Positions 1-9,128 are shown, counted from the stretch's first letter. The stretch: DNA of 64,000 nt from Vulcanimicrobiota bacterium (GCA_050250895.1 JBFWNU010000002.1:288001-352000), one strand, 5' to 3'. Translations and numbers: made by a program. Notes: a model not told the origin generated them from the sequence alone.

Positions 1-501
1 CAGGTGGAGAGCCTCCCTGGCCGTTTCCTTGAGGCCGTCTCCTTTGGCCTGATGGGCGGCCATGTCGCTGAGGGTGAAATAGGCCTTCTCCGAGGGCGCT
101 CCCCCCGAAAGCGGCGAGACATAGACCGAGCCATGCTCGAGCAGGCCCTGGTTGCGGGCGGCCAGTTCACCATCGACTTCGTGGGCTTTGGTCAGCGACG
201 AGCCGTCGCGGATCTGGCCGGCCGCCTTGTCGTAGTACTGATTGCCGGGTAGCATCTCGCCGTAGAGAAAGCCGCCGACCACCACCGAGGTTTGGCTGGG
301 CAGGCCACAGCGATACTCGGAAAGCTCCAGCGCGCCCTGTTTGAGGCGTTGATGCAGGTTGGGCATCAGACCCTGGTTGATGGCTCGATCGAGATGATCG
401 GCCGAAAGCCCGTCGATCTGAACGATCAGCAATCCGGGCTCCTGGGCTTGTTTTGTCTTGATTGGCCGGTGAGCAGGCAGTGAGGCTGGTTGAACCCTCA
501 T
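1..501 (-). CDS. Alkaline-phosphatase-superfamily (type I phosphodiesterase/nucleotide pyrophosphatase-like) protein, 5' part; runs off the window edge
   Basis: Manual translation of the minus strand from ATG 501: MRVQPASLPAHRPIKTKQAQEPGLLIVQIDGLS...MPNL...CGLPSQT. IDGL and PSQT are NPP/AP-superfamily motifs. Not in the ORF track. Confidence 0.75.
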   Translation of the reverse strand, partial: MRVQPASLPAHRPIKTKQAQEPGLLIVQIDGLSADHLDRAINQGLMPNLHQRLKQGALELSEYRCGLPSQTSVVVGGFLYGEMLPGNQYYDKAAGQIRDGSSLTKAHEVDGELAARNQGLLEHGSVYVSPLSGGAPSEKAYFTLSDMAAHQAKGDGLKETAREALHL

Positions 502-507
502 GGGCAT

Positions 508-552
508 AGCATGCCTTAGCCGGGCGACTGGGCTTGTTGCGGCCTTGTAAAC
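508..552 (-). promoter_or_regulatory. Phased-repeat promoter, leaderless
   Basis: Minus strand GTTTAC (552) and CGCAAC (541), 11 bp apart; -10 CATGCT (513-508); ATG 6 nt downstream. Confidence 0.45.
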
Positions 553-600
553 CTTGCCCGGAGCAAGTATGGGCGACCGGGATGACGAAGGGCCGGCTAT

Positions 601-2784
601 ATGTCCCAAGAGCTGATCAAGGCCGTCGAGGCCAATTCATTAAAGCGCGTCGAGGAACTGTTACAGGCCGGGGCCGATCCCAACGCGACCAAAGGCAAGA
701 AACACGTCTATCACCTGGTCCACCCGCGTCGCGACGATATCCGCTGCGCTCTGATCGAGGCTGGAGCCTGGCTGCCCGAGATGGTCAATCAACTGGTGTG
801 GGCGGTGACCACCGGTCGCGTGGCGACCGTGGCCGCCCTGGTCGAGAAGGGGGCCGACCTCCACGTCGAGACGTACTCTGGGCTGCCCCTGGCTGCCGCC
901 GCCGGGCGTGGTCATCTCGACATCGTCGAGTATCTCTTGAAGGCGGGCGCCGATCCGAATTCCGCGGGTGGTCTTCATACGGCTCTAACGGGGGCCATTA
1001 CGGGTGGCCACACCCAGGTGGTGCTGGCTTTGCTTAAAGGCGGCGCCGATCCCGAGGTCGTGCCGCAGCACACCACGGTAACACCGCTCGCCATGGCCTG
1101 CGTCTTCGGTCACGCCGAGATGGTGCGGGCGCTGCTCGAAGCCGGAGCTGATCTCCATCGCCCCAGCAGTTTTGTCACCTTGCCCGAAGGTAAGTTGGCG
1201 CCGGCCAACTCTACGCCGCTCCAGCTGGCTCGCCTGGCTGGCCAGGCTGAGTTGGTCAAGATCTTGCTCGAAGCCGGAGCGGTAGAGGCAGCCAGCGGCG
1301 ATCCGGCCGAGCAAGAACTGCTCGAGGCCTGTCGCCACGGTCAGGCCGAACGGCTCGAAGGGGCCCTGGCGTCCGGCACCAATCCCGATTCGCGCGAACC
1401 CGAGGACGAAAGCGCAGCCTCGATGGCCCGCCACCTGGGGGTCGACCAGCTGCGGAAGATGGGACTCAGTCTGGGACGCACCGGCCTCATGCTGGCGCTT
1501 GAACATGGGCATCCGGAGCTTGCACTTCGCCTGCTAGCCGCCGGCGCCGACCCTGAAGCCACCGATTCGGCCGGCCAGTTTCCGCTGTTGCTGGCCTGCC
1601 AGCAAGGCTTCCAAGCAGCGGCTAGCGCTCTGATCGAAGCCGGGGCCAGGCCCGCGCGACAAGCCTGCGATAAAGCCAGCAGCCTGACCGTGGCCATCGA
1701 GGCGGGTCACCCGCAGCTGGCTCTTTGGCTGCTCGACTTCCCGGCCGTGGGCCAGCAGAAGGCCCTGCTCAATCAGGCCCTTTCCCTGGCCTGCCAGCAC
1801 TGCCAGACCGAGGTGATCCGAGCCCTGCTCGCGCTGGGCGCCAGGACCAAAGCGGCTCTGGCCGAGGTCGCCGGGTCGGCCCGATGGGTAGACGACGCGG
1901 CCGGGGCACCCACCCTCTCGAAACAGTACAACGATCAAGGCGTTCGTTACCTGGTAGCCTTCTCGGAAGACGAGATGTTGGCGGCCGTCGAGGTGCTTTT
2001 GGCGGCCGGGGTCGACCCAAAGATCGAGGGGTCGCTGGGCACGCCTCTGGCCGGAGCTGCCCGCTATGGCTACCTGAGGCTGGCTCGACGACTGTTAGAG
2101 GCCGGAGCCGAGGTCGACTCGGTCGCTCTCGAGACGGCCAGGCTCTACGGCCACCACCAGCTGGCCGAAGAGCTGGCCGGTCACGGGCCCGCCTCGGTCA
2201 CCCCTGAGGTTTCACCTCAACCCGAGCCAGAATTTCGTTATCGCCGAGCCCGTCGGCCCTCGCTACGCCGAGCCGCGCAGAGCCAACGCTTCCAGGCGGC
2301 CCTGGCCGAATTGGCCGAGCTTTGCGGCAGTAAGCCCATCGAGCTCACCGAGCAGCCGGGCGCCTTTCGGCTCTATGTAAAGTCCGACCGCGACTTCTCG
2401 CTCGAGGTAGTGCAGGACGATTTTCTGCCGCGCGGTTGTGTGGTGGTGCAGACCAGCGGTCCCGACCATTTGCTGGTGATCCCTGGCAAAGACCCGCTGC
2501 GGGCTCTGGCCGTGATGCAGACCGATGGAGTCAACTGCGACGTGGGTAGCGGCAACCTGATTGACTGGCTCTCCGAGCTGGCCCAGCGTCACCCGTTTCG
2601 GTTGGTGAGCGTGAACTATGATACCGTGACCGGTCGTTTTCTCGCTCCCATCGACGACGCTCTAGCCCTGGCGAAAGAGCTCTATCAGTGGTGCCCTGAC
2701 ATTGTCGAACAAGGCTGCGAAACGGTGGAAGAGCTGGCCCGTCAGCTGGAAAAGAGCGGACAGCTGTATCTGTGGTGGGACTAG
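601..2784 (+). CDS. Ankyrin-repeat protein with C-terminal DUF4253-like domain
   Basis: Many TPL..A...G...V..LL.AGAD repeats; C-terminus A..LAKELYQWCPDIVEQG..TVEELA..L......YLWWD is typical of DUF4253. Confidence 0.85.
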   Translation: MSQELIKAVEANSLKRVEELLQAGADPNATKGKKHVYHLVHPRRDDIRCALIEAGAWLPEMVNQLVWAVTTGRVATVAALVEKGADLHVETYSGLPLAAAAGRGHLDIVEYLLKAGADPNSAGGLHTALTGAITGGHTQVVLALLKGGADPEVVPQHTTVTPLAMACVFGHAEMVRALLEAGADLHRPSSFVTLPEGKLAPANSTPLQLARLAGQAELVKILLEAGAVEAASGDPAEQELLEACRHGQAERLEGALASGTNPDSREPEDESAASMARHLGVDQLRKMGLSLGRTGLMLALEHGHPELALRLLAAGADPEATDSAGQFPLLLACQQGFQAAASALIEAGARPARQACDKASSLTVAIEAGHPQLALWLLDFPAVGQQKALLNQALSLACQHCQTEVIRALLALGARTKAALAEVAGSARWVDDAAGAPTLSKQYNDQGVRYLVAFSEDEMLAAVEVLLAAGVDPKIEGSLGTPLAGAARYGYLRLARRLLEAGAEVDSVALETARLYGHHQLAEELAGHGPASVTPEVSPQPEPEFRYRRARRPSLRRAAQSQRFQAALAELAELCGSKPIELTEQPGAFRLYVKSDRDFSLEVVQDDFLPRGCVVVQTSGPDHLLVIPGKDPLRALAVMQTDGVNCDVGSGNLIDWLSELAQRHPFRLVSVNYDTVTGRFLAPIDDALALAKELYQWCPDIVEQGCETVEELARQLEKSGQLYLWWD

Positions 2785-2844
2785 CGAATCGGGTGGCTCT
2801 GAGTCTGGGCCCATCCTCTCCCCGCCACGGCTGGGTTTCGAAAA

Positions 2845-2877
2845 TGTTAGGGTTTTTTAAGGTTGTCGGGCTAGCCT
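2845..2877 (+). promoter_or_regulatory. Phased-repeat promoter
   Basis: TGTTAG (2845) and TTTAAG (2856) start 27 and 16 nt upstream of -10 TAGCCT (2872). Confidence 0.5.
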
Positions 2878-2901
2878 GAGAGCAACAGGAGGGGTGTGCC
2901 C

Positions 2902-3330
2902 ATGAGGATCAATGCTAACCCTATCCAACCGACTCATACTCCACCACTCTTACAAGCTTCAAATCAGACCCAGGCGCCGACCTGGGCCGACTGCTTCGAG
3001 CAAGGCTCGCTCAAGATGTGCCGTCAAAATGGCGCTCTGGTCGGAGGCCTGGCCGGTCTGGCCGGGGTTGGGCTGCTGGCCGGCGCTTTGCCTGCTTCGC
3101 TTCCCAGCCATCCTTTGGTTACGCTGTCGGCCCTGGCCATGGGGGGCGTGGTAGGCGCCGTCTGTGGCGCCGAGATCAACGCCCATCTTGGTATCAAGGT
3201 GGGTGAGTGGGGCGCGGGTCTGGCCGAAAAGGCCGGCGGCTCGTCACAGTGGGGACGGGCCGGAGCCCGGACCGCTTTTGCTATGCTACCGTTCGCCGTC
3301 GGCATCGGGGCCGCCCTGGCAATGGGCTGA
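2902..3330 (+). CDS. Hypothetical membrane protein with glycine-zipper helices
   Basis: RBS GGAGG upstream; disordered N-terminus, then GxxxG-rich hydrophobic segments. Confidence 0.6.
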   Translation: MRINANPIQPTHTPPLLQASNQTQAPTWADCFEQGSLKMCRQNGALVGGLAGLAGVGLLAGALPASLPSHPLVTLSALAMGGVVGAVCGAEINAHLGIKVGEWGAGLAEKAGGSSQWGRAGARTAFAMLPFAVGIGAALAMG

Positions 3331-3347
3331 TTGGGGGCTATATCGTG

Positions 3348-3953
3348 ATGAAATTAGAAATCAATTCCATCGGCTACTATGAGCGCAACGCCGAGGCCTT
3401 CTTGGAGAGAACGACAAGAGCCGACGTGTCGAGTCTGTACGAGCCGTTTCTGCGCCGTCTGCCTGAAGGCGGGCACATTCTGGATGTAGGCTGCGGGTCG
3501 GGTCGCGACGCGGCCGCCTTTCTCAAGCTGGGCTTTCGAGTGACGGCCACCGACCCTTCCAAGGCGATGGTCGAGGCCAGCAGCCGGCTGACCGGTCAGC
3601 CTACGCTCAAGCTGGCTTTCTGGGACCTCAAGTTCGAGCGCGAGTTCGACGGAATTTGGGCCTGCGCCAGTCTGCTCCATGTGCCCAAGGTCGAGATGAA
3701 CCTGGTATTGCACCGGCTCATTCGAGCGCTCAAGCCAGGAGGTTGGATCTATCTGTCCTTCAAGCATGGGAATAGTGAGCGAGTCGAACACGGTCGTCTC
3801 TTCAACGACTACACCGAGGATTTGTTTCGACCCATTCTGGCCTTGCAGACCTCGCTGACCATCGAGCGAATCTGGATCACCGACGATCAGCGACCGGCTC
3901 GGACGGAGAAGTGGCTCAACATCCTGGCTCGTCGCAACACGGCTGCCATTTAA
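3348..3953 (+). CDS. Class I SAM-dependent methyltransferase
   Basis: ILDVGCGSGRD motif I; FDGIWACASLLH; LKPGG. Confidence 0.9.
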   Translation: MKLEINSIGYYERNAEAFLERTTRADVSSLYEPFLRRLPEGGHILDVGCGSGRDAAAFLKLGFRVTATDPSKAMVEASSRLTGQPTLKLAFWDLKFEREFDGIWACASLLHVPKVEMNLVLHRLIRALKPGGWIYLSFKHGNSERVEHGRLFNDYTEDLFRPILALQTSLTIERIWITDDQRPARTEKWLNILARRNTAAI

Positions 3954-4021
3954 CACAAATGCAATAGGCAGGTCCCTCTGTCAGCGTTATGCTTGCCATG
4001 CGCGGACGGAAGGATTGCTCA

Positions 4022-4588
4022 ATGAACGTCTCGCTGCCCCCGGCCGGCGCCAATCTACGCCGCCTGGCTCCACCCACCACCTCGGCCGCTCAGCCCTCTA
4101 CTCCTAGCGTGCTGGACTCGGTCGAGTTCGATTCGGCCCCCCCAACGAAACATCGCTGGCTCAAAGCCGGATTGGTGGCCCTGGGCGCGGTAGTGGCAGT
4201 GGGCGCTGCGGCCGCCCCCGCTCAGGCCCAGAACTACTCGACCATCGCTCCCACCGGTCATCCCACCTATTTTGGCACCATTCCCGGTCCGGTCTCGCGC
4301 CCCCAGCCTCGCAGCTACCCCGGGGCCGGCTATAGCTACAGCCTCGGCCCGACCGGCGCCTACATTCATCGCGACCACGGCTCCCATGGCCTGACCGTCG
4401 GACCCAACGGCGCTTATTATCACGGCAACGGCTACACGGTGGGGCCCCATGGGGCCATCCCTCACAGCTCGATCTATCGCGGCAACGGCTATAGCATCGG
4501 TCCCTGGGGCACGGCCGTCCACCGCAATTTCGGTCATTACTCGATCACGGTAGGTCCCCAGGGCACTGCCTTCCACTTTCATCGCTAG
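4022..4588 (+). CDS. Hypothetical exported protein with five (V/I/L)GPxG beta-hairpin-like repeats
   Basis: RBS AAGGA; delayed signal-like segment KHRWLKAGLVALGAVVAVGAAAAPAQA; repeats SLGPTG, TVGPNG, TVGPHG, SIGPWG, TVGPQG. Confidence 0.6.
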   Translation: MNVSLPPAGANLRRLAPPTTSAAQPSTPSVLDSVEFDSAPPTKHRWLKAGLVALGAVVAVGAAAAPAQAQNYSTIAPTGHPTYFGTIPGPVSRPQPRSYPGAGYSYSLGPTGAYIHRDHGSHGLTVGPNGAYYHGNGYTVGPHGAIPHSSIYRGNGYSIGPWGTAVHRNFGHYSITVGPQGTAFHFHR

Positions 4589-4621
4589 GAGGGCCGGTGG
4601 CGGCCGTGGAAGCAGGCTCGG

Positions 4622-4948
4622 ATGGAGCTAGCCTATTCCTCTGACCCCGATTGGTGCTCGCAATGCAAGCACCTGCCCTGCCAGTGTCAGAAGAAGCTCT
4701 CGCGCACCACCGGCACTGGCAAGGTGAAGATGCGGCGCGAGCGGCGCCGGGGCAAAGACACCATCGTCATCTTCGAAACCCGCATGGCTAAACCGGCCCT
4801 GCAAGAGCTACTCAAGCTCATTCAGAAGAGCTGCGGGGCCGGGGGCACGGTCAAGGGCGACACCATCGAGATTCAGGGAGACCATCGCGACAAGATCCAG
4901 ACTCTGTTAGAAGAGCAGGGCCTGAAGGTCACTCGAGCCGGGGGTTAG
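4622..4948 (+). CDS. yciH: Translation initiation factor SUI1/YciH family
   Basis: RRGKDTIVI...CGAGGTVKGDTIEIQGDHRDKI...GG. Confidence 0.85.
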   Translation: MELAYSSDPDWCSQCKHLPCQCQKKLSRTTGTGKVKMRRERRRGKDTIVIFETRMAKPALQELLKLIQKSCGAGGTVKGDTIEIQGDHRDKIQTLLEEQGLKVTRAGG

Positions 4949-4951
4949 GGC

Positions 4952-4980
4952 AAAGAAAAAGCCCCGGCTTTCGCCGGGGC
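4952..4980 (-). terminator. Intrinsic terminator
   Basis: Minus strand GCCCCGGC-GAAA-GCCGGGGC followed by TTTTTCTTT. Confidence 0.8.
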
Positions 4981-5038
4981 GGTCCAACCAATGCTCATCT
5001 CACTAAAGACAGAGTAGTCTGTGAGCGTCAAGGAACCG

Positions 5039-5398
5039 TTAAATGCGCCGGCGGGTCTTGTCAGCGAGCTCGTGCTTGCCGAGCTTCTCGTAGAGGCTGG
5101 CCAACTCTTCCATCACTTCAGATTCGGGGTGGCCCTGGAGATACTTCTGGTAGTGCACCACAGCCAGGGCTCTGCGTTCAGTAGCACCCAGCAGACGGGC
5201 ACAGCTCAAGCTGTGCCGGACATCCTCGCCGGCCAGCTCCATGAAGTAACGAATCAGTGCCTTGTCTTGCCCGCCCGAAGCTGCGATGGCCTCGCGCAGA
5301 ATACCTTCGTCGCCGGGATTGGCTCGAATGCGCTCGTCGAGTTCTGGGGGCAAGTTCATCTTTTGGCCCCCACTGGAGCCGCCAAGTATTCCACCCAT
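5039..5398 (-). CDS. Hypothetical TPR-like helical protein
   Basis: Helical repeat pattern ALAVVHYQKYL..HPESEVMEELASLYEKLG..ELA; ATG at 5398 after GAAGGG. Confidence 0.55.
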   Translation of the reverse strand: MGGILGGSSGGQKMNLPPELDERIRANPGDEGILREAIAASGGQDKALIRYFMELAGEDVRHSLSCARLLGATERRALAVVHYQKYLQGHPESEVMEELASLYEKLGKHELADKTRRRI

Positions 5399-5432
5399 GT
5401 TGGGCCCTTCTAGCTTGTGGGGGCGGGTCCTG

Positions 5433-6071
5433 TCAGGGGTCTTCGCGGGTGACCATTCCGCTTTGCCAGGCATAGAGCGCGGCCTGAGTGCGACTCTTGA
5501 CATCGAGCTTGGAGAGGATATTCGAAACGTGGGTCTTGACCGTCTTTTCGGCGATCGTCAACTGGTCGCTGATGTCTTTGTTGGAAAGCCCCTGGGCCAT
5601 CAATCGCAGAACCTCGTCTTCGCGCGCGGTCAGGCTTTCAGGATTCTCGGGGGCGCGCACCTCGCGCAGCAGGCGGGCCGACGCCTCGGCGGAAAGCTGA
5701 ACCTGACCTTTGGCCGCTGCCCGAATGGCCCGACAGAGATCGTCGGCTTGCGTGTTCTTGAGCAGATACCCGATAGCCCCGGCTTTGACCGCGCCTACTA
5801 CCGAGGCGTCTTCGAGCACGCTGGTGAGCGCGATGACCTCGACTTCGGGGTGGCGCGTGCGCACCTCGCGGATGGCGGTGATGCCGTCCATCTCGGGCAT
5901 GAGCAGGTCCATCAGAACCACATCAGGTTGTAACGCGGCCACCTGCTCGAGAGCCTCGAGGCCGTTGGCGGCCTCACCAACCACCTCGAGGTCGGCCTCG
6001 AGCCCCAGAAACATTTTTAGGCCCTGGCGAACCACCGAGTGGTCGTCCACCAATAGGATGCGGATCCCCAT
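5433..6071 (-). CDS. NarL/LuxR-family response regulator
   Basis: IRILLVDDH...PDVVLMDLLMPEMDG; C-terminal LTARE..VLRLMAQGLSNKDI...L.IAEKTVKTHVSNILSKL. Confidence 0.95.
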   Translation of the reverse strand: MGIRILLVDDHSVVRQGLKMFLGLEADLEVVGEAANGLEALEQVAALQPDVVLMDLLMPEMDGITAIREVRTRHPEVEVIALTSVLEDASVVGAVKAGAIGYLLKNTQADDLCRAIRAAAKGQVQLSAEASARLLREVRAPENPESLTAREDEVLRLMAQGLSNKDISDQLTIAEKTVKTHVSNILSKLDVKSRTQAALYAWQSGMVTREDP

Positions 6072-6105
6072 GGACCCCAGTTTGTAAAACGGGGGTCCGG
6101 TTCCT

Positions 6106-6516
6106 TCACATGACGTCGAGCAGCGGCAGGTCGTCGAGGCCCTGGAGGTTTAGGCTCCAGAGTTGGCGCAGCACCGGCATTAGTTGCTCGCGCTCGAGCC
6201 AGGCGTGCTCTTCGAGGAGATGCTCCACCTCCGCGATGTTCACCGGTTGGTAGGCCTTCACCTCGGCCCGCAGCTCGAGCAAAGACTGGCGGATCGACCG
6301 GTGGTAGCGCTCGACGGCTCGCGCCATCGGCCCATGAGCGTCCAGCGACGCGAGCAGCGGTTGGACCTTGGATCTGAAAAGGTCATGGTGGTGGTCGAAT
6401 CCCTCAAGGAGGATATCGACCATCGAGTCGGCTTGCTGATATCGCCCGCACAACACGTTCTCGCCGATCAGGCGAAGACAGTGAATGAACTGAGCGTGTT
6501 CGCCCCCGTTATTCAT
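6106..6516 (-). CDS. Hemerythrin/HHE-like domain protein
   Basis: Four-helix pattern with His/Glu ligands: EH, HHH, YH, HLLEEHAWLERE. Confidence 0.55.
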   Translation of the reverse strand: MNNGGEHAQFIHCLRLIGENVLCGRYQQADSMVDILLEGFDHHHDLFRSKVQPLLASLDAHGPMARAVERYHRSIRQSLLELRAEVKAYQPVNIAEVEHLLEEHAWLEREQLMPVLRQLWSLNLQGLDDLPLLDVM

Positions 6517-6551
6517 GCTCCTATAGAACCACAGGGTTGAAGAGAACTGCT

Positions 6552-6565
6552 CTGATCTAGATCAT
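6552..6565. promoter_or_regulatory. FNR-like box (TGAT-N4-ATCA) upstream of the hemerythrin-like gene
   Basis: CTGATCTAGATCAT, centred 42.5 nt upstream of ATG 6516; -10-like TTCTAT 6 nt before the ATG. Confidence 0.6.
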
Positions 6566-7932
6566 TCGTCCAGGGGCAGTCGGCAGCGAATGGCGGTTCC
6601 TACACCAAGTTCGCTCTCGATGGCGAGTTCCCCGCCCAGCCGCTCGACGCGCTCCTGCATGGAAGCCAGGCCGTGATGGCCGGGAAAGTCGCCATCGGGG
6701 TCAAAGCCCCGCCCATCGTCTTCGATCTCGAGATAGAGTTGCGCCTCGGGAAAGGTCAGACGCAGCTGCAGCCGGCGGGGATAGGCGTGCTTGACTGCGT
6801 TGTTGAGGGCTTCCAGCGCGATGCGAAACGCGGCATGCTTGAGTTCGAGCGGCATGGCCGGTTCTTCGTCCGGGGTCTGGGCTTCAGTCTCGAGCTCGTA
6901 GCGGACCTTGAGGGCCGCCAGCTGGCCGCTCAAAGCCTCGGAGAGGGTCACGTTCTCGAGCGCCTGGGGGCGGAGCTTGAACAAAAGAGCCCGCATCTCG
7001 GTCAGGGCCGAGTCGGTCAGCGAGAGCACGTACTCCAGCGGTTCTCTGGCTTTTTGGGCATCGCGTTCGAGCTGGGCCAGGGCGGTGCGAACGCCGAGTC
7101 CGATGCCATAGAGGGCCTGCGAAACCGAGTCGTGAAGCTCACGGCCCAGGCGCTGGCGTTCTTCGAGCTTGGTTTTCTCTTCGGTTTCTCGTTGAAGCTC
7201 GCTGGTTTTCTCTTCGACCATCTTTTCCAGATGATCGCGATAACGCTCCAGGTCTTGCTCTGACTTGCGCCGCTGGGTTAAGTCGACCACCGACCCGACT
7301 ACGAATTGTCCATGCGAAGTGGGCACGGGTGTGAGCCCAATCTCGACCGGAAACCGGCTCCCGTCTTTGCGCACAGCTTCTAGCAGCATGCCCGCCCCCA
7401 TGGCCCGGGTCCGCGGCTTCTCGGCGTACCCCCGACGATGTTGACCGTGATGGGCGCGCAGCTCTGGGGGCACCAGCAGCTCGACCGACTGTCCCACCAG
7501 TTCGGAGCGATGGTAACCAAACAACTTTTCGGCCATGCGGTTGACCATGACCAGCGTGCCCGTCTCGTCGACCAGGATGAAGCCGTTGGGAGCGGACTCG
7601 AAGATGCTGCGAAAGCGTTCTTCGGCCTGGGTCTCTTCCAGGCGACTCTGGATGACGGCCAGGCGCTGGTGTTCGGCACTGACATACTGCAGCTCGGCCG
7701 GCGTTCGACTGCCGTCTTTGCGCTTGACATCCCCCAGGATCATGCCGGTTTCGGGGTCGGTGCCCCGGCTTTCGAACAGCTCGGAGAACGGTCGGCCTTC
7801 TAGTTCAGAGCTGGTGTAGCCGCTCTGGCGGATCGCCCAGGCGTTGGCGCAAGCGACTAGCCCATCGGCATCAAGCAGATAGACCTCACATCGCTCAAGA
7901 TTCATAAAAGCGCGGAAGAACCGGCTGTCCAT
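6562..7932 (-). CDS. Cytoplasmic PAS-PAS sensor histidine kinase (HisKA_3/NarX type)
   Basis: Two PAS/PAC regions (RKDGS..P); ERQRLGRELHDSVSQAL H-box; EALNNAVKHA, DDGRGF, GLASMQER. Confidence 0.9.
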   Translation of the reverse strand: MDSRFFRAFMNLERCEVYLLDADGLVACANAWAIRQSGYTSSELEGRPFSELFESRGTDPETGMILGDVKRKDGSRTPAELQYVSAEHQRLAVIQSRLEETQAEERFRSIFESAPNGFILVDETGTLVMVNRMAEKLFGYHRSELVGQSVELLVPPELRAHHGQHRRGYAEKPRTRAMGAGMLLEAVRKDGSRFPVEIGLTPVPTSHGQFVVGSVVDLTQRRKSEQDLERYRDHLEKMVEEKTSELQRETEEKTKLEERQRLGRELHDSVSQALYGIGLGVRTALAQLERDAQKAREPLEYVLSLTDSALTEMRALLFKLRPQALENVTLSEALSGQLAALKVRYELETEAQTPDEEPAMPLELKHAAFRIALEALNNAVKHAYPRRLQLRLTFPEAQLYLEIEDDGRGFDPDGDFPGHHGLASMQERVERLGGELAIESELGVGTAIRCRLPLDE

Positions 7933-8299
7933 TGTGGACAGCTTTGGCTGTGGTCCGAGCCGTTCCCTTCCTCAGAGCGGCCAGCAGCGGTTCGATGTCC
8001 CCTGCCCGGTCTACCACGGTGTGGATTCCGGCACTGGCAAATCCAGCCATCAGTTCGGGTTGGGTGCGGTCGACCCAGGCCACCATGTCGGCTCGAGGGC
8101 AGGCCAGGCGAAGCTCTCGCAAAAGTTGGCGGTCATAGGTCCCGACCACGATCGCGTCAGGTTGAAGAGAGGCCAATTCGGCCGGACTGACACGGCCGTT
8201 GCCATGGCCGACCACGACCACGTCTGGACAAAGCGAAAGCAGGGCCGCTAGGTGCCGACGCGCTACGGCTTCTGAGTCCAGCAAGAAGACGCTGATCAC
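7895..8299 (-). CDS. Degenerate single-domain receiver (REC-like) protein
   Basis: ISVFLLDS...VVVVGH...QPDAIVVG; the phospho-Asp position is not conserved. Confidence 0.55.
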   Translation of the reverse strand: MISVFLLDSEAVARRHLAALLSLCPDVVVVGHGNGRVSPAELASLQPDAIVVGTYDRQLLRELRLACPRADMVAWVDRTQPELMAGFASAGIHTVVDRAGDIEPLLAALRKGTARTTAKAVHNGQPVLPRFYES

Positions 8300-8967
8300 G
8301 CCGCCGTTGCCATTTTCATCAACTGGGCCTCGCCGCGCAAGATCATCATATCCGACTTCTCCTCCAGCAGACCTTGCTTGCGAAAGCGACTGAGCACGCG
8401 GATAGCGGTCTCGACGGTGGTGCCCACCAGTTCCGAGAATTCCTGGCGGGAGAGGGGCATCTTCAAGCGCAGGCCACCAGGGGTCCGCTCACCCAGCCGT
8501 CCGGCTAGCATCAGCAGGGCCCGGGCGGCCCGCTGCTCGGCGCGCTCGACGGCCATCCCCACCATCATCTCGCGTTGGAAGCGCATCTTGGTCTGGCAGC
8601 AACGGGCGCTGGTGATCATCACCTCAGGGTGGCGTTCGGCCAGTTGGTGGAAGGCGGCGGTGGGGATGATAGAGACCTCCGTCTCCTGGACGCACTTGGC
8701 GGTGGTGGGGTAGGGGTGACAGTCGAGGGCGCACAGCGCTCCGCAGACATCGCCCTCGAACAGGAACTCAGTGATGACATCACGACCGGTGCCCGAAGAA
8801 CTGGTGAGCTTGATCAGGCCCGAGTGGATGAAGAAGAAGAACTTGTTTTGGTTGCCCTGAACCCAGAGGGTCTCCCCCGCTTTGAGGGTCTTGCGGACCG
8901 TCACGGTCGACATTTCGGGAAGAGCGAGGGCATCGGCGATGGATTTTTGCGGGGCGAGGGTAATCAC
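8296..8967 (-). CDS. Crp/Fnr-family transcriptional regulator
   Basis: cNMP-like domain (FIHSGLIKL..G.D.I..F...GDV.G) and HTH PLSRQEFSELVGTTVETAIRVLS; several Cys. Confidence 0.92.
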   Translation of the reverse strand: MITLAPQKSIADALALPEMSTVTVRKTLKAGETLWVQGNQNKFFFFIHSGLIKLTSSSGTGRDVITEFLFEGDVCGALCALDCHPYPTTAKCVQETEVSIIPTAAFHQLAERHPEVMITSARCCQTKMRFQREMMVGMAVERAEQRAARALLMLAGRLGERTPGGLRLKMPLSRQEFSELVGTTVETAIRVLSRFRKQGLLEEKSDMMILRGEAQLMKMATAA

Positions 8968-9086
8968 TGAGTTCTTTCTCCTGGTCTTCGAATGATCTCA
9001 GTCTAGCTCGCCGGGCAGGTCTCTCGCCTGGGGCCGTGGACGGGTCCTTTTCTAGGACTTTGGACCTAGGGGATTCTACTCTCCCT

Positions 9087-9128
9087 AGCATGCCACACCC
9101 AGGTCGGCCAAAAAATGATCTATATCAG
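9087..9128 (-). promoter_or_regulatory. Class II FNR-type promoter of the crp/fnr operon
   Basis: ATGATCTATATCAG at 9115-9128 (13/14 identical to the reverse complement of the 6552 box); -10 CATGCT 9092-9087 places the box centre at about -41.5. Confidence 0.6.

Noticed and set aside
4622-4700. Cys cluster at the N-terminus of SUI1/YciH
   Set aside because: A common feature of bacterial YciH proteins; not novel.
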